Below, in pieces: positions 14,201-26,200 of a stretch of 64,000 nt of DNA. Each line of letters opens with the position of its first letter. The first letter of the stretch is position 1. Source of the DNA: Styela clava (Eukaryota); the NCBI RefSeq assembly GCF_964204865.1, contig NC_135260.1, positions 19,034,001-19,098,000 of the forward strand, written 5' to 3'. The translations under genes were made by a program, and so were the position numbers. The notes below the pieces were generated by a model. That model searched no databases and had not been told where the DNA came from. It worked only from the letters and a program-made list of their open reading frames with translations.

Positions 14201-17200
14201 GTATGAGTATTCTACCTTGCTTCCTGCTTCCGTGCCGTTTCACAAAAATTTTTATCAAGATTTGAATAGAATAATACCTGATTTGCATATATTGATACAA
14301 ATGATTGTTGATTATATTTATACTTAATAATATTATTTGATTCAAGTATCTTCGTTTGTTTTTACATCTATCATAAACAATGCAATTAAAAGAAAAAAGA
14401 ATAAGAATAAGATGAAATATTAACTATAAATTATGTCATTGATAATATTCAATAAAAAAGTGGGTTATATCATGTTTATTGACATATAGGAAGAATCAGA
14501 GTTTCCATGAAAATTCGAAACTTCGTAGCCCATTATAAAAGGTAATATTTTGGTTCGAAAAAAACTTTCATGATGGACCTTGAGGGAAGTTCCCATAGTT
14601 ATCTAAACGATAATTAACAATAGGGCGAAATAAACTTTGCGAACTTTGTTAATTTTGATGTGAACAACATTATAATCATCTATCAATTAGATTGAAAGAC
14701 CGCCCAAGAATGGTTCAGCAGATTTTTTTCTCTAAATCTGATAAATGTGATTAAATCTATGAAAATGCTAATAATCAATCATTACTATGATCACATTATT
14801 ATAAGTGAGTATAATAACTTTTATGTCAGATTCTAGCAATAGTAAATTGATCTTAATCAATTCTATTCTGTAGTTCATTTCACTTCTGTATGTGAATATT
14901 TATACCCTCTATATAATCAGCTCTTATTACACTTGTAGCTGTTGCATATAAACAATATTGTAATTTTTGATTTTCTTTGAAGCAATTCTTTTTTGAATAT
15001 GCTTGAACTTTGTTTTCTTGATTTAATCATTTTGACTTAATGGCGATCATCCCTTTTTTGCTACTGCAGCATAAATGTCTAGATCTCCTTTATTTTTTAA
15101 AATGATGCTGTCGTCGTATTCTGGTGAATGATCAACATTTTCGCCATGTCTTACTACATTGTCATCATACATCGGAGATGAAGCAACATTATCGTCATAT
15201 TGTGGTTCACCATTGTTATCAACTTCTACATCAACTCTTCTGTTCTGGGTTTCATGTCCTTCCATTGAAGTATAATCATCGGTTTCAACGTTTTTTCTTG
15301 TTGCTTTCCCGTATATTTCATCATCATCATCCACTTCTTCCACTTTTTCTTTATTGTTATTCTGATATGGTTCATACAAATCCATATTATCTGTATTTTT
15401 ATTCAACTGATTTTGTTGTATTTTGACTTGATTTTTTTTTGTTGTATTTCTGTTAAAATAAGTATTTGTGATAATATTTACAGATTATCTTATCTTATTG
15501 GGACTTTTTTAAATTTTATGAGATAAAATTTTTGTTTGTCAGAGACTAATTCAGATTGTAGTCATATAATTCGTTCATCTAGACTTTTGATCTGTCATAT
15601 TTTTCTCATACACATTTATATATTGAGATGAGAAGCCATGGTTTGCTAAATAGCTAAATTGTCCCATTTTTTAAACCTGCTCTTGTATATTTATAAGATG
15701 CCTTTTTTACTTTAATTCAAATTGACTTGCAGTTTCCAAAGTTTTCAAATACAAATGAATTCCAGAACAAAAAATTCAGAGGGTTTGAAGTGATAAAGAT
15801 GAGATTTTAATGCACTATTGACGATCAATAATAATATAATAATAACAGAAGTTAAGACTATGATATAATGTTACGGCCTATTGCGATAGCTCACCTTCTT
15901 AAGAACAATCCTATGGCCAGTGCCAGCAAAAACACTCCTCCGATTATAATTCCAATGATCATGATCATGTTTGTTGGGACACCGGTATTTCCTGACGAAG
16001 ATCCTGAATCATCAAAATTTGGTGGGTCTGTAACTAAAAAAAATTTAAATATATATTGTTGCTTCTTGATTACCGGTATATTTTGATATCATTGACGATG
16101 CATTATGCATCATGTTTGTAATTATTATTTCAAGAACCAAATGGTTCACTGCTGTGATTACACCTTGGGATATCCTGATCCTATGTTTATATATATATAT
16201 ATTTATTATTATAGTGAATCAGAACATATTTAGCTATTAAACAATTTTCTATATATCTGTGCTGAGCTAAAAGAATACCTGTATTTTTTGTAGTTGCTGC
16301 CTCAATTATTTTTTTTGTTTCAGCGGAAGTTGTCATCTGAGTTGTTGTTATATCACCTGTGATGATGCATTTCTTAGATTAAACAGAACTTACATAATTA
16401 ATCTTGTGACAATTGATTATACAATTAAGTAATCCTGCATTACCATATAACTTTTTGGAAATCATAAGTCTTCAGATTAATTTGACAAAGCGTTGTTACT
16501 TGTCAGGTTTAGGATCTCCTAAACCAATGATTCCCAAAGTGGGCGATATCGCCCCCCGGTGGGCGATAACGCTACAGAGGGGGCGAAAAAGTCGAAGGGG
16601 GCGATTTCTAAAAACCTGTTTTTGTTCGGCGCATCGTGCACTTGATTACTGTAATCTGCTTGCTTTCGTATGTTTGAATCACGTAGGCGATTATCACAAG
16701 CGAAAGGATTGCGGGACTCGTCTTCGCAGTAAGATACGGTCGTAAATAAACTGGAACTTCTGGGGAGACAAAGTGATCATTGACTTATTTTATTTATATT
16801 TAAATTTCCGAAAAACAACTAAAAACTAACGAATGTAATTCAAAAACGCCAAAATAAGGTAATTTTCACGACCACGTCTGAAAATCTGTCTGAGTGAGAA
16901 ATATGTCTGAGTGAGAAATATGAGCGGATGCAAAAGTGGGCATTGTTACGTTTATTTTTGCATCTTGCTGAATGGCCAATGTCACGACGTAAACAAGGAA
17001 GTCTATGCCCGGGGAAACATCCAAACGGCGGTTTTGGTGATGAATTAATTTTATTTACAATCTACGCTCGAGGAGTAAATTCATTTTTTTTATATAACAG
17101 AACTTATCGTGTGGCACGTTTAGACAAAATTTTATTATGGCCCTAAAATTTTATTAAACAGCTTCTCGTTTAACGAGCCTACAATCAATTATAATTAGAC

Positions 17201-20200
17201 AATAGGAAACACACGGAAAAGTTGATGCTGAGTGCAGGGGTTCAATAGCGCACTAAATATCAGAATATATTGCAATGCAATAAGGAAATAAAATTCATAT
17301 TCTATTCGAGGGATTCATCACTGCTCAATTTTTGTAAGAGTGTATCTTCTTAAAGAAAATCTTGATCAAAATTTGACAAACCATGCGAAAATATTCATTT
17401 CGATGTTTGGAAGTACATATGTGTGCAAACAAATATTTTCGAAAATGAACATTACAAAGAACAAGCTAGAACTAGGATTAGTGATGTCCATTTAGAAAAT
17501 CTTCTAATCTTGGCGTCGTAAAGCTATCAAGCGTGATGCAGCTACAAGACAGTGTCACATTAAATGTCATTGTAATAATTTTTTAATAAGACGACTGAGT
17601 TGAGTTCACAAATTGTCGCGTTTTTTTCCCGCTGTTCCGTTTTTAACTTTCAAAAAATATATGCGACCCGCAAAAGATTAGCAACCCTAAATGTAAAATA
17701 AGGTGAATTTAGGGAGTTAAATGCTATAAGGTAAGATTACACGGTGGTTTTTGCGGAGGTTGAACCCTAGATTCTTTTATTTCCGACCGCTAATATGATG
17801 AGGAGTTTTCAGCTGTGCTACTATTGCTATCAAAACAACGAAATCGTCTTTCCATCAGTAAACAGGGTCATTTTTGATATTATAAAAAACTCGCTGAAGA
17901 TCACCAAGCTCATTCATCTCATTAAAAAATACTATAAACTATGATTTGTCTCGTCATTTTTTTTGCAGTGCCGGGGGGCGATGAACTTGTATAAACTACT
18001 GTAGGGGGGCGATGATACAAAAAGTTTGGGAACCACTGTCCTAAACCACACAAAGAAATTCATTTCAATATTTTATTTCTTATATTATAAACAGCATATT
18101 TCAAATCCAGGCACATATGCATGTTTCCTCAAACTTCTTTTCTATGGACCTCAAAATGATTTTGCATTGCTTGAATTCTACAATGTCTCTCTGTTCTTAC
18201 ATTCTAAGCAGTGTCTTCAAATTATTTTCTAGTTGGATAAAAACAGCAAAATAAAGCATATGTGGTCACATTTTTAAAATAGATGAAATTAAAACATGCA
18301 TTTCAATCATATACTAAAAATTTCATTTTCTTATTTCATTGTCAAATTACTTGATATACATTCTACAGCCACAAGGAGTCAGCAAAAAAACGCTAAATGC
18401 TTTGCAGTATTGCTTTGTATGTGTCTCTTGAATTTTTAGAAGAATTTCATTCAGCAAACTTTATTATAAAACTTACTTGTTGTCGTTGGTGGTATACATG
18501 GTGTAACTAGATATTGTATAACAAATGATTTCGTGTATGGTGCGAAATTCTTTGCATTATACTTTATTTTGTATGGGGATCCTCCTGCTTTATTCCAATA
18601 TGTAGGTGAGCTGCAGTTTATTGTTTTGTTTCCAGCAAATATTTCTATTTGTTTGTTTTTGCATAGTGTGGATGATTCAGTCATAAATACCGAACACTGG
18701 TTTTCTACAAAGTCACATCTGTGCTTATCGCTACCTTTAAAACAAAATTCAACGAAAGGCCTTTAAACAATGAAAAACTAGTTTAGAAGAGAAATGAGGT
18801 ACTAATACATTATCTAGAATTTACTGTACAGTGGTTTTGTGTTTGAATCAGGAAAGCAACGGACAAAAATTGTGTGTGATATATAGAAACTGTTAAATCT
18901 GAAATTGTGTCTACTGGGGTTTTGTATGTGTAAAGTTTTCAGGTTTGAAATCATGTTTGGATGTACTGTTTGATATTGTAACTGGCTGAGAAATTTATTC
19001 ATACCAAATGAAACTAATTCATCATATTCAAATATAGCTTTGTTTTGACAAATTTTCTATTAATACCTGGTAACCTGATTTCTCCAGAGCAATCTATGCT
19101 TCCAGAACCTGTTGTCATTGGCAGGGAGATATTCTGAAGTAATAGTACAATTGCGTTGTTGTTATCTGTGGCAAATTTTACTGGTATTGTCCACTCGCAG
19201 TTGCAACTGTGTCCATTGCTCGGACCGTAGCTGATATTTCTGCTTTCTTTTCCAAGAATAATTTTTGGACAATCTGAACAAAACGCCGCTTTGCTCATAC
19301 TGAATTGATTTCCTGGAAAAAGATTTTTAATGTTCATTGTAAATTATCTGGATGGTAATTTTAATGCCGCGTCACTATGGTGAGGGAAAGTTGTGTTGTA
19401 ATTTGAGACCATAAAATATTCATAATCAGTTTGTATCTTGGACGATGGTCAAATGTAGGTACAATATAACACGGTAGCTTCATAAAAACCAACGAATTAT
19501 TGCATGCATAAAGATTCCTATGAAATTAATAAGCATTTTTGGGACCGTGCTTATGCTTATTAGTGTTGATGTTTTTTCTTGCTGAATTGGAATAGTGCTG
19601 GAATCGAATTACGGTAGTTATTGATCCCAATTGTCATTTAAATGAGTCTTTTTATGTACCTCGTCCTCACCAAAAACATTTGTCCATGCTTAGTTTAATT
19701 ACTTTTATGCTGTCAATTTGTATTTTATTTGTAAAATTATGAAGATAATATAAATATGATTATAGACATACCTGCTAAATAAATAATCAAGATGGGGATC
19801 TTGCAATAAATGGTGTCAGAAAACATCTTGCATCCACTTCTTCTGTAAATTGCATAAACGTGACTACATATCATAAAGAGCTTGCATTTGAAATTTTATT
19901 GAATAAATGAAAATTCAGTTTCACAAGGATGGAAAGACTTGTTTCTTAAATTACCTAAGGCAAACTTGAGTCTCGTGGAGATATTTTCACACAAATAATT
20001 AACAAGGGATTGATAGATTGAGGTGATACCTAAAAAACTTTATTAGCCTATGGGATTTTTTTGACTATTTTTCGAATTCAAACCGTTAGTTTATCTTCAG
20101 TTTAATGACTTAGTTTTAAACTTTCATACTGTCTATTGCTACTCTATGAATGCATCAATAATATTAAATATCAGCATAAAATTTGCTTTTGTATCTTGGA

Positions 20201-23200
20201 TTATTTTCTAAGGTAAAAGATTGTATTGTGCTACACTATAATGTAAGTTTGGCATACTATTTATTTATTTTCATTTATTTTTCGCTTATGCTATGCAGAA
20301 ATAAGTGGTTTGATTCCTGTTGAGAATATTTATGTGTACACGACCACTGAATACCTGTTGTAGTGTTTCGTCGTTTTGTTACCTATTTCTTGAGTATATT
20401 TATACATCTTAAATATTCAACCAGTTATTTTCACACACAACCTGAACAATCTATATGGCCTACAAGCTATGAAGCAGTTGCAATATTTGTATAAATTCAA
20501 CTTGTCAATTCAGCCATGTTTTTTTTATCTGACAATACTAGTAGAATGTAACAAATTGTTGAGAAAATTTTGCTCCAGCTTGCCGCTCCTGATGATTTCC
20601 TTGTCTGTCTCACTTCTTTTGAATGTTCCAGATTATGTTATGCAATTTTTTTTAGATTTGTATATTATATTCTTCTATGGTTTGTGTATTTTTCTTATTC
20701 ACAAAGCCACCTACTCAATGTTTAAGGAAGTTGGTAAAGCGTTGAAACATTGTAATTTGTGTGAATATATATGAAATGCAGTACACACAAAAAACATTAC
20801 TAATTTGTATTTAATAGGAATTCAAATATTCTTGATAGATATGAGTTACGAAATTGATTCTTTGCTAATAAATAGCTTTTGTGGATCAAGTCAGTTGATT
20901 GGCATCTTCACTGCAATTTTTTGTTGAACCCCATTGTATTTGTGTAGCTTATTTTCATCATGCTACGCAGGCTAGGTATGAAGCAGTTCTCTACCATTTG
21001 GCCCATTTTCAGTGCCAAAAGAAATCTTAGGCCGACAAAACCAATGATAAAATGTTACCCAAAATAAATTTTTGTTATTAATGAAAACTGAAAAAAAGTT
21101 GCCAAACTAAGGGGTCGGCTTATACATGATAACTCTGATCGCACTCGAACAAGTGACATTATGTTAACTTAATTCCAACAGCTACAACTCAATTCTCATG
21201 GTAAGAGCTTACAATTTGTAGGGTCGGCTTATATGCAAATTTTTAGTAACGTTTTATGGCTGTTTTTGTGGGGTCAGCTTATATGTGAGGATATACAGAA
21301 AATATATATTTTACTATGATGTATTTATTAATGTTTGTGTTAAGTTTATACTGTGAGAAATCAATAAATTCTGTCATCATGTAGTTGACAAATAATAAGG
21401 AAGTGCCACAGTTATATAAAGTATATTCAGTTGTCAATGGCTTGATTATATTTATTTTCATTATGAAACAAAAGAGCAAAATACTCAATCAATTGTCCTC
21501 AACAGCGTTATGCTCATAGATTTTAAAATACATAAACATTTTTTCGCATACTTGTTGCATACTATGACTAATGATGTTGCCATAATATGTGGGCTTTTAT
21601 GTTTATAATATCTCTGCATGTTGTTCTATTGTTTTGCCTTGTTTTGTCAATTATATTGCTCATATCTTGACACATATGTAAAAATTTTTTGTTTTAAAAT
21701 TCCATGTTAGTACAATGTCAACATCTCTCACATTTGGTTGAAAATTACGCTGCAGTCACGTTTTAAAGTTTTTAGTACCGTAAATCACGTTTTTGTAATT
21801 TCCAGATATGGTATTAATGAGTGCTCTAAACCCTTACATAGTAGGAATCGAATACTCCTTGCAAAACATCATATGTATGGCTCTTAAGGATGTGTTTTCG
21901 ACAACGCCTGAAGCACACCCCTATATATTTTTTTACACATTCATCACCATAAGTTACAATTTATATGCACGATACTTAAAATCTAGATGCATCTTGAGTT
22001 GACTCTAAATTATCGGTGCTCCAGAAGTGTGTGTACCAATATGGAGGTAACTAATTTTGTTTGCCTACTGCACATCAAGTTGTGTGAAGGGACTGAAACC
22101 TATGCACAGGGGGGTATATTCACTTGTCTAACACAGACAGTCCCCGAACTCGTAATAGAACTGAAATAAGGAATATCGAAATAAAATTATGGCCCAACCC
22201 CAGTAGTGGGATTCAGCCGGTCCGTCCGGAACCGTCTCACCGAATTTTATGAGATCAGCGAACCGGTTGGCATTACTGAAAAAAACATGACTTCTTGTAA
22301 CAGAAACGGCTGAAAAATATGACATTTGTGTGATGGAAATTTGAGTCCCATCACTGCCTAACCCTAACCTGGTACACACTCTTCGGGAGTACCCAATTAT
22401 CTATATTTCTGATCACCTATTTGCATAGAACTCCCGTGAACCTGAAGGTTAGGTTACTTTACTTGAAGTACAATTTCATGTGCTGTGCTTTCAGTTCTGG
22501 AGTGAATACAGTACGAGGTGGTTAATTATGATATTTCATACATCACCAAATACAAATATACTAGTAAATTTATATATTCTAATGTAGTAAAATGGGTAGG
22601 TTATGATAAATCATAATCATAATAAGCATAGTCAGTTTCCTTGTATCAGTGTCTATTCCCCTGGAGATCTATTAAGAGTAAATTATATCAATTTAAACAT
22701 TGTTCTATAATAGTGTTTGTATTTTGCGCAATTCTTGATACCTATTTATGACTGCGTTTTGACGATAATCCTATATCATATCTTAATTAGTTGGTTACAA
22801 CCATATACAAGTCTGTGTTATCTCTGAGATTTTCATACTGTCCATTGTCCGTCAAATTTTCATATTGAACGTCATTTCTTAGGTTTTCATATTGCATCAC
22901 AGATCTTGGAACTTCATATTCAACTTCATCATTTGTAGGTGTGTAGTTTTCATAACAACCCTGATCTTTGTCCAAAGTTTCAGAGCCATGATGTGAAGGG
23001 TCTTGATGTTGTACATTTGTTAGCTCTAATTTACTTAAATTTTCATCCTTTCTTCTGCATCTGTAAATTGTAAATTTCGTTGTACTATCAACTGTTTTTG
23101 GCTTGATCTAGTCAGGTATATCGTTAGATTCATTGAATAAACAGTTATAATCAACCAAGTAAGTCCTGTCTTAATACCAAATAAGTGGCACCAAAATTAC

Positions 23201-26200
23201 ATAATTGCTTGCCATCTCTTTCTGAACATTTAATATGATCACAATTCACTATCAGCTTTCGAGTCTTTTTAAATCTGACTTACCTTCGTATGATGCAACC
23301 GATTAGAAGACAGAGAAGGATTAGCCCAAGCACAGATGGAGCTATTACTATAAACAGCTGAATTTCAAAAGATTGTGAGACATGAATAGCCATTGTTGCA
23401 TTTGTATAGTTCAGTATCTCTGCAAATGAATTCATATTACAACTTTAAATATTGTCATCTGCCACAGCCTGTATTGGTTGATACTAATATATGAAATAAT
23501 AAACGAACAGTATTAAATCTGTTTGCCAGTACAATCAATTATCTAATATAGCCGATTTGTGTAGGAAAAAAACAATTCAATACTCATAACCTGTTCTTAT
23601 TACAATTCAAGTTTCAGAGATTTCTTCCTTAAACCCTACTTAAACCCTTTTACATCGCTGAATAGATGAGATAGGTTGCAGCTGTTAGATAAAAAAAATT
23701 GTAGATAGAGATGATCAAAATTTCCCAATCACCAGGGTTATACCACAAAGCTAAACAGCATTGTTTTAATAGCTGGGACTTACCATTGGTGGTTAATGTG
23801 ATGCTATTTTCAATGTTTTCAGTCAGTGTATTATTAATTTCTAAAGCTGAATTGGTTTTTGTCTGTTCTTCTGTATGTTGCTTAGTTGTCTCAAAAAAAT
23901 TCTCAGGAGAAATACCAATATAGCTCCCTAATTAAATAGAAAAAACTAATGAGTTTTTATAAAATTTAATCCGAGCTTTCTAAACCCCCCCCTAAATCCC
24001 ATCTTGGAAACATTAAGTAATTTTTATTATTTAAATTTATTAGACTGCAAGCGAGATGTTGAATAACATAACTTAATTTTGTAACTCCATATTCGCTTAA
24101 TTTGAATAGTGTTATTGTTTGAAGATTTTAGTCCCTTCGAAAATTGAGATTGTGATTTTAGAAACAACTGAACAAATCATGTTTTTTATGAAAATCTCAT
24201 GAAAATTTGGTCGAAAAATAAAGCATTAATTTGATCACAAAGTAAGTTTTGCTATCATTTCTGTTTGATGGTTGCTCTTAGATTTTAGGTGAAATTCTAG
24301 TACAGCAAACTGTTTTGTCATTACATTTCTAGTAGTCATAAGCTTTATCTGACTAACCTGTACTTGTTATTTTGACATCATTTGTAGTTTGTGTTTGTTT
24401 GCAGTAGAAAGGAATATAATTAATCTTGAATCTCCCTTCTCTCTTATTTTCTTGGGTGAATCTGATTTCTGGATTTTCTGTCCACTGCATGATAGATTTT
24501 GATCTACATTCCTGATCCACTTGCAGTTCATTTGCATTACACGCTGTGAATTTCGTCACATAAATAATGCAATCTCCTGAAGTATATTTGCATGAACTCT
24601 TCAGTCCTGTAAAATACATAAACATGAATTGACAAAATGTAATGTGTGAGGTAGAATCCTGCCACACGCAACAAGACTAAATTTTATATAATGTAGGTGT
24701 ATACTGCGATTTATACAATTTGATATATTAGGTGGTCTCGCAAAGAGGTTCAAAACTCTTGCCCCCATATTTTTGTTGTAAAAATTTTTGTTTTGTTCCA
24801 ATCAGAACAAGTCTTTATATAAACTCCACTTAGATATAATTATAAGGAGTATATGCTTCATTTCAGCTTTGCCTTTTTTGTTTGATGTTCTATGTCCTAC
24901 CATGATACGGTAATGGATATGAACCATTCACTGAGGTCCACACAAGGTCTGTAATTTTCAATGCCAGCCCAATTACCGGTAATCTAAATTGCCAATTACA
25001 TAGTTACCTGGTAGTGTCAAGTTAGCTTTACAACCATAGATATTTTCCATTTTGGCATAGTCAAAAGTGAAAGCAACTGCATAATTGTCAGAAACAATAT
25101 CAGATGAAATGTTCCAAGTACATGTATAATCTTCTTCTGGAGCAAGAAGAGTTTTTCTACTGTATATGTTATTTAGTAATATATTCTCACATTTTTCTCC
25201 ATATATAGTTTTGAACAGAATTGCTGTAGAAAAACATAAAATCTAATATTCAATCTTATTGTGTTAGGTAACATCAATGCTAATTCACTCTGTATACTAT
25301 CAATGAATTCAAATACATTTCATTTACAAGTAGAACTTATTCAATATTTGAACAAAAATGCAGATAAAACAGACATAAATAAATAATTTTAACTCACCTA
25401 TTGAAAGTAAAGTATTGATAAAGCTACATGGTGACATTTTGTTTTTGCTGTGCTACTGACAAAATGATGGTATAATGGTTGATGACATGCAACCGTATAT
25501 TTTATGGTAGAATTTAGTCCCATTTTCCTTAAATGACGCATTGTTTATTTACTTATTAAGAAGGACAAAAAAAGTGGTGTGATTATTTATTTTACGTAAA
25601 TAGAAATCGACTCGCACCTGCTTAAACTTATGCAAATTACAATTCATCATAACTTCCGCGTCGTTTCAGAGAAATTAAGTGGAAAGTTTTAAGACAATGA
25701 GTAATTATGAAACAGGAATCGCTCATAAATGTATATTGGTAGATAATATATCAAAACATCATACCTCCTAATGATATTTATTTTTACAAATTCTGAATAT
25801 AACAGTATATTTAATCCAGTCACAATTTAACACAAATCATTAATATAAAGTATAACTGTTTATGCTCTAGTTTTCTTCAAATTTAGGACAGGAAAGGCAA
25901 AGAGGGGCAAAGGGAATTATTATTTATTTCTCAAATTTTTGGTGTTTGATAGTCATATTATATAGAATCTTAATATCAATATATATTATATATTCATTGA
26001 ATCTTATATTAGACATTGAGCATCGACATTGAATTAATTTAAATATTTTATTATCCATAAACGTACAAAATAAGCAAAGATTACATAGATTTAAAAAATG
26101 GTAGAGACAGCATAAGTTTAAGCGTGTTGATCTTATGTTATTCCATCCATGTTGGCATCTTCAATTGTTCTTATCATTATGTGTAGAAAATTGAAGTGTG

